Notes under the pieces: generated by a model
The model's input: the letters and a program-made list of their open reading frames with translations, nothing else
What the model was told of the DNA's origin: nothing
The model's database searches: none
Translations under genes and position numbers: made by a program
In this document: positions 1-12,142 of the stretch, in pieces
How the letters are laid out: each line of letters opens with the position of its first letter
How positions within the stretch are numbered: position 1 is the stretch's first letter
From: Squalus acanthias
Taxonomy: Eukaryota
Length of the DNA: 64,000 nucleotides
Assembly (NCBI GenBank): GCA_030390025.1
Contig: JASTWF010000436.1
Coordinates: forward strand, 62,001 to 126,000
Reading direction: 5' to 3'

Positions 1-199
1 GGAGAGAAGTACACAGATTCACAGAATCACAGAATGATACAGCACGGAAGGTTGCCATTCGGCCCATCGTGTCTCTGTCGGATCTTTGGTAGATCTTTCC
101 GATTAATTCCAGTACCCTGCTCTTTCCCAATAGCCAGTGTATTTTTTTCTCTTCCAGGATTCATCCAATACTCTTTTGAATGTTACTATACTGAACGAT

Positions 200-1330
200 T
201 GAGCAGTTTTGGGCTCTTTTTTCTATCAAAGAGAAGACTGAGGGGTGACCGGATAGAGGGCTTCAAGATTATGAAAGGGTTTAACAGGGTAGCCAGAGAG
301 AAGATGTTTCCACTTGAGTGCGACATCAGAATTAGGGGCCATAAATATAAGATAGTCACTGTGAGGTGTGAAGTCACTTTAGATATGAATGTAGGAGGTA
401 TGATCCGTAAGTTCGCAGATGACACGAAAATTGATGGAGTGGTAAATAGCGAGGAGGGAAGCCTCAGGCTACAGGACGATATAGATGGGTTGGTCAGATG
501 GGCAGAACAGTGGCAAATGGAATTTAACCCTGAAAAGTGTGAGGTGATGCATTTTGGGAGGACTAATAAGGCAAGGGAATACAAAATGAATGGTAGGATC
601 CTAGGGAGGACAGAGGATCAGAGGGACCTTGTTGTGCATGGACATAGATCCCTGACGGCAGCAGGACAGGTAGATAAGGTGGTTAAAAAGGCATATGGGA
701 TACTGACCTTCATTAGCCGAGGCATAGAATATAAGAGCAGGGAGGTTATGATGGAGCTGCACAAAACCCTAGTTAGGCCCCAGCTGGAATACTGTGTGCA
801 GTTCTGGTCGCCACACTATAGGAAGGATGTGATTGCATTGGAGAGGGTGCAGAGGAGATTCACCAGGATGTTACCTGGGCTGGAGCGCTTCAGCTATGAA
901 GAGAGTCTGGACAGGCTGGGGTTGTTTTCTTTAGAGCAGAGAAGGCTGAGGGGGGCCTGACTGATGTGTACAAAAGAAAGAGGGGCATGGATAGGGTAGA
1001 TAGAAAGGAACTTTTCCCCTTAGTGGAGGGGTCAATAACCAGGGGGGCATAGTTTCAAGGTAAGGGGCAGGAGGTTTAGAGGGGATTTGAGGAAAAACTT
1101 TTTCACCCAGAGGGTGGTTGGAATATGTAACTCACTGCCTGAAAGGGTGGTAGAGGCAGGAACCCTCACAGCATTCAACAAGCATTTAGATGAGCACTTG
1201 AAACGCCATAGCATACAAGGCTACGGTCCAAGTGCTGGAAAATGGGATTAGAATAGACAGGGCTTGATGGCCGGCGCGGACACGATGGGCCGAAGGGCCT
1301 CTTGCTGTGCTGTATAACTCTATGACTCTA
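200..1330 (+). mobile_element. CR1 LINE 3' fragments (RT C-terminus and 3' UTR)
   Basis: ORF 34..960 carries KFADDTKI, WQMEFNPEKCEVMHFG and VRPQLEYCVQFWSP; CR1-type tail with (ctatgact)n at ~1320. Confidence 0.9.
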
Positions 1331-2279
1331 TGACTAGGAAAATCATTTTTACGCACTGTGTGGCGAGGACCTGGAATTCGCTGCCGACGGAAGTTTAGGA
1401 AGCGGAGACACTCAATGTTTTCAAGGGGAGACTGGATAGGGACTTGAGGGAAATAAACTTGCATGGCCACGGGGATAGAGCGGGGGAATGGGACTGACAG
1501 AGAGCCGGCACGGACTCGATGCGCCGAATGGACTGCTTCTGTGCCGTTATGACTCTCTGACTCTATGACTAATAAATCGAACAGGGAATTCAGGCGAAAC
1601 TTCTTTACCCAGAGATTGGTGAGAATGTGAAACTCGCTAACACAGGGAGAAGTTGAGGCGAATATGATTCATGCACTTCAGGGAAAGCAAGATAAGCATA
1701 TGAGAAAGAAAGGAATGTAAGGATATGTTGATGGGGTGAGATGAGGAGCAGTGGGTGGAGGCTCGTGTGAACTATAAACACTGAGGAAAACCAGTTGAGC
1801 CGAATTGTCTGTTCCTGCATTGTAAATATTTTGTAATACTTTATAATATTCATAGAATCATAGAATGATACAGTTGAGAAGGAGGCCGTTCGGCCTATCG
1901 AGCCTGTGCTGGCTGTATATGTTACTTGAGGCTTAGAGAGGCCACCTGTGAAGCAAGAAAAAAATAAGCTTCAGACATCCTGTTTTAGGAATAACAACGC
2001 CATAAATATAAGATAGTCACTAATAAATCCAATAGGGAATTCAGGAGAAACGTCTTTACCCAGAGAGTGGTGAGAATGTGGAACTCGCTCCCACAGGGAG
2101 TGATTGAGGTGAATAGCATAGATAAGCACATGAGGGAGAAATTAATCGAAGGATATGCTGATAGCTTTCGATGAAGGTGTTTGGGAAGAGGCTCCTGTAG
2201 AGCATAAACACCGGCATAGACCAATTGGACTGAATGGCCTGTTTCTGTGCTTTACAGACGATGTGATTCTATGTATTGA

Positions 2280-3830
2280 ATGTGTTTCCATTGCCGTTTC
2301 AGGCAGTGCAATCCAGACCACAACAACTCGCTGTGTAAAAAAAATGTTTCCTTCTGGTTCTTTTGCGAATCATCTTAAAATGTGTCCTCTGGTTACCAAC
2401 CCTTCTGACTGGAAACACTTTCGCATTATTTACTCTATCAAAACATTTCGTGATTTTGAGCACCTCTATCAAATCTCCTCTTAATATTGTCAGCTCTAAG
2501 GAGATCAATCCTAGCTTTTCCACTCTCGTCACGTAACTGAACTTCCGCATCCCTGGTACCATTCTAGTAATTCTCTTCTGCACCCTCCAAAGGCCTTGAC
2601 ATGCTTCCTAAAATGTGATGCCCAGAATTGAGCGCAATATTCCAGCTAAAGCCTTACTGGTGTTTTATAAAGCTGTAGCATAACTTCCTTGCTTTTGCAC
2701 TCTATTACTCTATTAATAAAGCCAATTATCCCATATGAGTTATTAACAGCCATCTTATTTTGTCCTGCAACCTTGAATGATTTGTGTCCATACACCCCCA
2801 GGTCTCTCTGTTCCTGCACCCCCTTTAAAATTGTAACCTTTAGTTCTTATTGCCTCTCCTTATTCTTCCAATCAAAATGTATCACTTCACACTTCTCTTC
2901 ATTAAATTTCATCTGCTATGTGTCTGCCCATTTCACCAGCTTGTTTGTGTCCTCATGAAGTCTGTTACTATCCTTCTCGTTTTCTACTACATTTCCAAGT
3001 GTTTGCAACTTTTGAAAATAAGCCCTGTATACCCAATTTCAGTTCATTAATATATATCAACAAGAGTAGTGGTTCTAATACCGACCCCTGTGGAACACCA
3101 CTGTATACTTCCCTCCAGTCTGAAAAACAACTGTTCACCCCTTTGTCTGCTTTCTATCATTTGACTAATAGGTCTATTAGCAGATTTTTCTTTAACAAAT
3201 CCATCCTGACTTTCATTTATAATCCCAAACTTTTCCAAATGGCAATTATTTGTTTCCCGGTTATTGTCTATAGTACATTCCCCATCACTGACATTAGGCT
3301 GACTGGACTGTAATTACATTTTTAAAACAGGGGAGCAACATTTGCAAATTGCAATCCTCCAATCCTCTGGCACAATCCACATATCCAAGGGAGATCGAAA
3401 GATTTTAGCCAGAGCCTCCAGAATTTCCACCCTTACTTCTCTCAGCATCCCATCCGGACCACGTGAGGTTTTTACTTTGAGGACTGCCAACCTTTTAAGT
3501 ACCTCCTCATTATCTATATTCATCCTGTCCAATATTGCTACTGCCTCCTCCTTTACTGCTAAATTGGCATCTTGCTCTTCTGTAGTGAAGACAGATGCAA
3601 AGTATTCACTTAGTATCTCAGCCATGCTCTCTGCCTCCACAGGAATATCTCCCTTTTTGGTTCCCATTGGGCCCCACCCTTTATTTGACGACCTTTTAGT
3701 TATTTACGTGTTTATAAAAGACATTGGGGTTCCCTTCTGTGTTAGCTGCTAATCTATTCCCATACGCTCTCTTTTCCCCTCTTATTCTGTTTTTTTTGGA
3801 TCTCCTCTGTACCTTCTATATCCATCTTCA
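2280..3830 (-). mobile_element. Degenerate CR1 LINE ORF2 fragment
   Basis: Minus-strand ORFs 2299-2583 (QKRITRMVPG) and 3314-3667 (YFASVFT, PEDWRIA). Confidence 0.85.
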
Positions 3831-3837
3831 GTATTCA

Positions 3838-4136
3838 ACGACCACTATCACCCAGAAGGACAAGTGCAGCAGGCGCATGGGAACACAGGTACTACCAAGT
3901 TCCCCTACAAGTCACACAACATCCTGACTTGGAAATATATCGCTGTTCCTTCGTCATCACTGGGTCAAAATCCTGGAACTCCCTATCTAACAGCAATCTG
4001 GGAGTACCATCACCAGATGGACAGCAGCGGTTCAAGAAGATGGCTCCGCACCACCTTCTCAAGTGCATTTAGTGGTGGGCAATAAATGTTGGCCTTGCCA
4101 GCAACGCCCACATCCCGTGAATGAATAAATAATAAA
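3838..4136 (+). mobile_element. 3' fragment of a second CR1/Crack-like LINE family
   Basis: Ends ...caataaatgttggccttgccagcaacgcccacatccc...aataaataataaaa; same family as the minus-strand copy at 50338-50744. Confidence 0.7.
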
Positions 4137-4829
4137 AACTTGGTTCTCTACTTTATTACGAACCTTACAATTGTCCTTTCTCTGTCCCATTTTAACCTTT
4201 ATTCTACTCCGGTGGTGGCGCAAAATGGGCAGTATTGGAAATGCCGCCCGTTATACACAGTGCCTGATAACAATTTCTATTGCAATCAATGGAACTGAAT
4301 ATCGGGCTCTGCGTATAACATGTGGCCATTTCGATACCCCACATTTTGCACCACCAACTAGGACGAATTTCTACCCCGTACCTTTCGTCATCCGGGGATC
4401 TCTAGCTTTGTATGCCTTTCACGCCCCCTCATGTGGTGTGTCTCCTCTATACTCAAACCATCTCCTCTCTGAAGGCTGCATATTGTTCAATTATTGTTTT
4501 GCCTAACAATTTTTGATTCCAATTCACCAGGGCCAGATCACATTTTAAATCATTGAAGTTAGCCCTCCACCAGGTAAGTGGCTTAAGCTTGATTGCACCT
4601 TGTCCTTTACCATAATTATTCTAAACATGATGATATTATGATCACTATTCCCCAAATGCTCTCCTACTGAAATATACTCCACTTGTCCCACCTCATTTCT
4701 CAGAACTAGATCCAACACTGCTTCCTTCCTCGCTGGGGTGGGAAAATAATTAAAGTGCACTTGTACACATTTCAGGTGTTCCCCCGTTTGTCCTTTACAC
4801 TGTTATTTTCCCACAGTTGTGCACCCTCA

Positions 4830-5800
4830 GAGGTCGGTATTAGAATCACTGCTGCTCTTGATATATATTTGTGACCTGGACTTGTGCATACAGGGCATGC
4901 GTTAAAATTTGCAGACAAACCTTGGAAATGTAGTAAACAGTGAGGAGAATAGTAACATACTTCAGGAGAACTTTAACAGACTGGTAAAATGGGCAGGCAC
5001 GTGGCAGATACAATTTAACGCTGAGAAGGGTGAAGTGATGCATTTTGGTAGAATGCGGAGATACAATATAAACTGAAAGGTGCAATTTTAAAGGGGGTGC
5101 ATGAACAGATTGATCTGGGCGTTTACGTAAAGAAGTCTTTCAAGGAAGCAGGAGAAGATGAGAAGGCTGTTTTTAAAAACAAATATGGCATCCTTAGATT
5201 TATAAAAAGAGGGAGAGTATTAACGCAAATAAGTGATGCTCAATCTTTAAAATCACTTGTCGTACCACAGCTGGAGTTTTGTGTCCAATTCTGTGCACCA
5301 CACTTTGAAAAGGATTTCAAGAAATGGTGCAGAGGAGATTTATCAGAACTGTACCAGGGATACGGGGCTTCAGTTACGTGGAGACATTAGAAAAGTTGGG
5401 GTTGTTCTCCTTAGAGCAAAGAAGGCTAAGGGGAGTTATAATAGAACTTCTCAAAATTATGAAGTATTTTAACAGAGTAAATAAGCAAAAACTCTTTCCT
5501 GTGGCAGAAGCGCCGGTAACCAGAGGACACAGATTGAAGATAATTGGCAAAAGACCCAGAGGTGAGATGAGGATATTTTTGCACAGCAATTTGTTATGAT
5601 CTGGAATGCACTCTCTGAAGGGGCGTTGGAAGCAGATTCAACACTAACTTTCAAAAGGGGATTGTGTTAAGGCATGAAGGGGAAAACACTGCCATGCTAT
5701 GGTAAAAGAGCAGGTTAATGGGACTAATTGGATAGCTCTTTCAAAGAGCCAGCACAGAAACGATGGGCCGAATGGCCACCCTTTGTGCTGTATCATTCTA
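4830..5800 (+). mobile_element. Degenerate CR1 LINE 3' fragment
   Basis: PQLEFCVQFCAP and VQRRFIRTVPG motifs; 3' UTR stem gatgggccgaatggcc. Confidence 0.85.
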
Positions 5801-6199
5801 TGAATATTCGATACTGCAGCTGCCGGCAACTTGTACCAGAGTTTCATTCTCGATGAAAGGGATTACCTCCTAACTTAAAAACTATCCTGTGGTTATGTAA
5901 CTTGTATGTATGCCCCCAACCCCTGGTCCTTCCCAACCCGTGTCACTCTAATAGGCTTTCAAACTGCACCGAGTCTGATTCTTTCATTATTTTACAGACA
6001 TCAGTCAAATTTACTCATAGTTTACAACTTTTATATTACCTCTAATTAAATTGTGAGAAAGTGTGAAATCTTCATGTTAGAATCTCCCTACTAACTAAAG
6101 TGCACTAAATGAAACACGTATTTTCAGTTATAGGTTCAAACCTGCATTATGTAACAGATAAGCAATGCACAACGATGCTTAAATAAGCATGCTTTTAAA

Positions 6200-8140
6200 A
6201 CGATTGTGCCGGTTAGATTCTAAAATGGAAGAAAAGTGAAGATGAAAATAAGATTGGCAAAGAGAGAATATGAGAGTAGAATGGCGGTTAACATAAAAGG
6301 GAAACCAAAAAATCTTCTACCGGCATGTAAATAGTAAGCGGGTACTAAGAGGTGAACTGGGGCCTATTAGAGACAAAGAAGGTGATATATGCTTCGAGGC
6401 GCAGGGCAAGGCTCGAATACTCAATGAGCACTTTGTATCGGTGTTTACTGAGGAGGTGGATGCTGACAAAATATCGGTAGAAGTGGAAAAGGTAGAAGCA
6501 ATGGAAGGGGTGAATGTGACACCATTGTTCAATAAAAGGTGTAAGTATAATTGTAGTAACTATAGGCCGGTCAGTTTAACATCAGTGGTGGGTAAAGTTT
6601 TAGAAACAATAATCAAGGAAAAAATTAACGGGCACTTAAGCTAATTAAGGAGCACCAACACGGATCTGTAAAAGGCAGAAATAAAAACAGAAAATGCTGG
6701 CGAAACTCAGCAGGTCAGGCAGCATCTGTGAAGAGAGAAACAGAGTTAACGTTTCAGGTCGATAACGTTAACTCTGTTTCTCTCTTCACAGATGCTGCCT
6801 GACCTGCTGAGTTTCTCCAGCATTTTCTGTTTTTATTTCAGATTTCCAGCATCTGCAATATTTTCTTTCTGTAAAAGGCAGTTCGTGTTTGACTAATCTA
6901 ATTGAATTTTTGACGAAATAACAGGGAGGATTGATGAAGGGAATGCAATGGATGTTGTCTACATGGATTTTAGGAAGGCGTTTGTCAAAGTACCACATAG
7001 AAGGCTGGTGAACAAAATTGAGGCTCATGGAATAGGTGGGTCAGTGGCAGTTTGGATAAGGAATTTGCTTCAGGATAGAAAACAGCGAGTTATGGTAAGT
7101 GGCTGTTTTTCAGACTGGAGGATGGTAGACAGTGGTGTTCCCCAAGAGTTAGTGCTGGGGCCATTGCTTTTTTGATACATATAAATTACCTGGATATTGG
7201 AATACCGAGTAGAATTTCTAAATTTGCCGATGACACCAAACTTGGGGGTGTGGCAAACAGTGAGGATGACACCAATCGACTGCAGAAGGATATAGAAAGG
7301 CTAGCAGAATGGGCAGACAAGTGGCAGATGGAAATTAATACAGAGAAGTGTGTGGTGATGCATTTTGGCAGAAGGAACTGGGAGAGGCAATGTAATCTTA
7401 ATGATACAGTTTTAAAGAGTGTACAGGGACAGAGGGACCTGGGTGTTAATGTGAATACGTCCCTGAAGGTGGCAGGACATATTGAGAGAGTAGTTAGCAA
7501 AGTATATAGGATCTTGGACTTCATAAATAGAGGTATTGAGTAAAAAAGTAGAGACGTTATGCTGAACCTTTATAAAGCGCAGGTTAGGCCACAACTGGAG
7601 TATTGCGTCCAGTTCTGGTCACCACACTTTAGGAAGAATGTGAAGGCCCTTGAGAGAGTGCAAAGAAGATTTACCAGAATGGTTCCGGGGATGGGGGATC
7701 TTAGCTACAAGGACAGGTTGGAGAAGCTGGATTTGTTTTCATTAGAGCAAAGGAGGTTGAGGGGTAATTTGATAGAGGTGTACAAGATTATGACGGATTT
7801 GGATAGGCTAGACGGGGAAAGGCTGTTCCCACTAATTGACGGTACAAGGACGAGAGGACACAGATTTTAGGTTTCGGCCAAGAGATACAGGGTGGACGTG
7901 AGGAAAAACCTTTTTATGCAGCGAGTGGTGAGGACCTGGAACCCGCTGCCGACGGAAGTGTTAGAAACGGAGACATTCAATGTTTTCAAGGGGAGACTGG
8001 ATAGGCACTTGAGGGAACCAAACTTGCAGGGCTACGGGGATAGAGCGCGGGAATGGGACTGACTAGATTGCTCCACAGAGAGCTGGCACGGACTCGATGG
8101 GCCGAATGGCCTCCTTCTGTGCCGTTATGAATTTGACTCT
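6200..8140 (+). mobile_element. CR1 LINE ORF2 3' half, frameshifted
   Basis: [34 protein letters not shown] and RPQLEYCVQFWSP across ORFs 6441-7870. Confidence 0.9.
6679..6867. mobile_element. Fold-back (inverted) Penelope terminal fragment inserted in CR1, with 14-bp TSD
   Basis: 76-bp inverted arms 6678-6753 and 6764-6839 with 1 mismatch; TSD tctgtaaaaggcag at 6665-6678 and 6868-6881; sequence matches the PLE end at 61438-61572. Confidence 0.85.
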
Positions 8141-8224
8141 ATAAACCGATGCGCTGGGCCTCTCTTGACTAACAATTTAACAGTGCTTCTCAGCAAACTT
8201 AAAAATAAAATCAGACAAGATATC

Positions 8225-8901
8225 TGTGGGAAAGGACTGAACAGTTATTGGACATCCTGAGATGAGAGTCTAAGGGAGTCCGATGTTTCCTGTCTCAAAC
8301 GGAGACAATTGATGACAGGGCCGTGACCATCTTCTTCGAGCGAAGCTCTACCATCGGTATGTTAACGAGCTGATAAGGGTCCAAGGATAAAAAACAGATG
8401 ACGTCAGGGTGTCATGAGATGAGGACTTGACTAGGACAGGCGTGATCATTAGGTACTTGGTATCCTTGTAATTGGACAGGGGATTTCATTTGTGAGTCAA
8501 TGATTGGGTTAACTGGTCCCCATAGGCTTTGCTGAGAAGAAGAAGTGTAATAAGGGGTCTCTCAAACACTTTGTTTGTAGAGGCACTCGGCAAGGATCTT
8601 GGGAACATCCACCAGACGAGCCGAGGATGGATTCGGGTTGGTGGATGACTCACACGCGTCACACTGAGCAAGTCTGGAGGTCAAGGCCGACAGCGGTTGA
8701 CCCGTAGAGATCGCGTCTTCTACCCAGGGCATAACGGGTAATAAAAACCTTGATTGCGCCTTGTGTAACTACTGCTAAGATGCTGTAATATATCGAGTCT
8801 CAATTGCACTGAATATTATATAATTACTGTCACCAATACGGGTCAAGTCGAATCTTTTGGAACTTTAAAGGGGTTAATTGGCAAAAACCCAGAACCTCTA
8901 C
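8225..8901 (+). mobile_element. Possible solo LTR
   Basis: Non-LINE block bounded by TG...CA with an internal AATAAA near 8740; no convincing TSD. Confidence 0.25.
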
Positions 8902-9196
8902 AGTCGTTAAACTGAAGCCCCATCTGCCCTCACAGGTGGATGTATAAGGTCCTATGGCACTATTTCGAGAGGAGCAGGGGAGTTCTCCACAAGCTGTTCA
9001 GACCAATATTTATCCCTCACCACAATTACTATAAAACATAAGATTTGGTCATTATCACATTGCGGTGCGCAAATTGACAGCCGTGTTTCCTACATTGCAA
9101 GTGTGACTACCCTTCAAACGTACTTCATTTGTGTAAATCGCTTTGTGGTGTCATGATGTCGTGAAAGGCGCTATTCCGGTGCAATTTACTTCTTCA
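8902..9196 (+). mobile_element. DeuSINE (SacSINE1/AmnSINE1-like), 5'-truncated
   Basis: Aligns by eye to 59288-59598 (gttaaac..ccatctgccct..caggtgga; gtgaaaggcgctat tail). Confidence 0.75.
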
Positions 9197-9724
9197 ATGC
9201 CTTCCGAGGCCCGACGGGAAATTTCAGAATTTTTACCTCCCTATTCGGTCACTCACCTTTCATTGATCCCATTCCTTTTATTTGATTGAAAACCTTTTTC
9301 CGACGCCACCACTATTACACTGCCAAACCCGTCCCACATGTTGTTAGGCTAATTAGCAGAACGGGAGAAGTGATTAGCATCTGGTTGATGCTGTTCAAAA
9401 CCTCACTCCCCCATAGCCATTCTGGTCTGAAGTAAGAGAAAAATCCTCACGAAAGAGAGACAGACAGAGTAAGATAAGCAGAAATGATTAGAGAAGCACA
9501 GAAAGAAAGTGACAGGAGAAACACAAATATAGAGGAATAGAGAGAGATGGTCAGAAAGAGGAATAGAGAAACATAAGAATGGAGAATAGAGAACCATAAG
9601 TAGATGGGCAGCCATTGCTCCCTAATTGAATAAATGTGCTGTAACTACATACATTGTCATTAGCTGCCGATCCTTTTTTTCTGAATACAATGATTCATTT
9701 CAGTATTTTCCCTCTATATTGCAG

Positions 9725-10494
9725 CGAATGTATTGACAATCGTGATTCTCTCCTGTGGAAAGTGCGGTCTCACTCGATGTATCACTCGTTACCTGGTGCC
9801 CATGGCAGCAGCAGATCTACTGGTCCTGAAAGTTGATGTAATTTTGTATGAAATTAAAGGGACTTATTTCCCAGATTCATAAATGGTAGTGGTGTGTGGG
9901 TTAAGCATTTTACTAAACATTCCACTGTTCTTTATCAACGAACCTGGTGAAATAATTGATAACATGCAATGGTTCTGAGCTGTAAGATCCGCCTTCCACA
10001 CCTTGCCCATTTGGATGGCTTACTATTGGCTGCAAACTATCTTAACCCCATTCTTTTAATTTGTGTTGATTGTACTGTTCAATGCTCTGACCATAAGGCA
10101 CATCGCACAGAACAGTAGAGTCAGGGGTGGTATTCTGGTCAACAAGAACAGTGAGAGTCCCAATGATCCATAGATGGAGGACCGAAGGAAATGCATAATT
10201 GTATTGCTCGCCACATCAGGAAGTGTTCTCGTGATATGGATGGTAAATTTCCTCTGTGAAATATGTGTACAAATTACAGATACTCGACTGTTCCAAACAG
10301 ATTAAACTGACAATTTCAGCATCAAGGACCAAACCGGATTCATGCTCCAGCGTTTGGGTTGCTGCACCAACATTATTATTTATGTAGTGGCGCAGACTAA
10401 GTTCAGAAATGAGGTAAAGGGTATTGTAACATACACCTTTGCTCAAATGATTAAGACAGTTAAATTAACTACAATGACTACATTTGATCCTTGA
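9725..10494 (+). pseudogene. GPR139-like rhodopsin-family GPCR pseudogene (main exon)
   Basis: After a ttgcag acceptor, one frame reads (A)NVLTIVILSCGKCGLTRCITRYLVPMAAADLL...FNALTIRHI...RRKCIIVLL...CCTNIIIYVVAQTKFRNE; several in-frame stops (e.g. TAA 9880); the TM3/DRF region is deleted. Confidence 0.85.
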
Positions 10495-10639
10495 CCCCCC
10501 AGAGTCAATAACTGAACAGAGCTGGTTTTCAGTACCTGTAACAGAAATGATTGTGTGGCAGGCTGTTGCTTGGCGTGTCTATGACACACGTCCCTAACGC
10601 TAGTAGCAGGCCCAGAGGCTTATGAGGAGGGGTAGGTAG

Positions 10640-10878
10640 GGTATCGTAGTGGAGTAGTCATTTTGAGGTCTGATTGTCCCGACAACGCGAGTTCAAATCT
10701 CACCATGGTAGTTCGTGAGTTTAATCGCATTTTATTAAAACAAACTCTGGATTAAAACGCTGGTAACAGTAAAACTGAGCCATGAAGCTGCCGAATTGTC
10801 GGGAATAACTATTGTCCTATTGGAAGCATATCTTCTGTCCTTACCAAATTTGGCCCATACGTGATACCAGTCCCACTT
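10640..10878 (+). mobile_element. tRNA-derived SINE, degenerate
   Basis: B-box-like gagttcaaatc at ~10688 followed by a body resembling common elasmobranch SINEs. Confidence 0.5.
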
Positions 10879-10879
10879 C

Positions 10880-11765
10880 AACTTTTCTCCCTAACGTGCT
10901 TATCCAGCTTCTATTTAAATGCATCTATGCTATTTACCTTTAAGTAGCGCGTTCCCATTCTTACCAATCTCTGGGTAATAAGTTTTTCCTGAAATCCCTG
11001 TTGGATATTTTAGTGACGATCTTACATTTCTGATTATGACCTCTAGTTTTGGACTCCACATGTACCCTATCAAACCTTTTCATTATCTTAAAGACCTCTG
11101 TCAGGTCACCCCTCAGCCTTCTCTTTTCTAGAAAAAAGACCCCCACCGTGTTTGGCCCTTCCTAATAGTTTTATCCTCTCAGTTCTGGTATCATCTGTTT
11201 CAATCATTTTTGCACCTTCTCCAACGTCTCTATATCCATTTTATAATATGGAAACGAGAACATTGCTCCAAGTGTGGTCCAACCAGGATTCTATACAAGT
11301 TTAATATAACTTCTCTGCTTTCCAATTATATCTCTCTAGTGCTTGGTTTGCTACTTTATGGATTTATTAACCTGCGGCACTACTTTTAGTAATTTGTACC
11401 CCTGGATCCCTTTGCTCCTTTGCCCCATTTAGACTCTTATATCGAAGCAGTATATGGCCTCCTTATTCTTCCTAAGAAAGTGCCCCACCTCCCACATATC
11501 TATATTGAAATTGTTTTAAAATTACACACCATTTCTGTAAGTTTATTAACGTCTTCTTGTATTTGCCGCATTCTTCCTTTGTGTTAACTAAAGCCCACAA
11601 TTTTTTGTCGTCGGTGGGTTTTGAAATTAAACTACCGATTCCTGACTCCAAATCGTTAATGTAAATTGTGAACAGTGGTGCCAGCACCGACCCCTGCGGA
11701 ACAGCACTTCCTACCGTTTGCCAATCTGAGTAGCTACCATTAAACCCTACGCTCTGTTTTCTGTT
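10880..11765 (-). mobile_element. Degenerate CR1 fragment
   Basis: LEKRRLRGDLTEVFKIM and LFTIYINDL motifs on the minus strand. Confidence 0.8.
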
Positions 11766-12142
11766 GAGGTCGAAGATCAGCCATTATCTTGTTGAATGGC
11801 GGCGCAGGCTCGAGGAGCCGTGTGGCCTACTCCTGCACCGAATTCTTATGTTCTTATGTTCGCACCCTCAGTCTGATTGATATCCTCGGTTCGTTCATTC
11901 ACAGCCCCGCCCCTCACAGTCTGAATAAGAGCCCCACTTCCTCGCAGTCTGATTGGAGCCCTGGCTTCTTCAATCACAGTGTGACTGGGAGCCCCGGCTT
12001 CCTCACTCCAGATTGGGGCCATTTTATTTTCAGTAAAATCTCAAACTTCGATCAAAACCGGGTAAGGAAAAAAAAATTAGAAAAATAAAAATCCGATAAA
12101 AGATGAAAGATTCCCGGCTCGCTCCAGTGTTCGAGCAGAACC

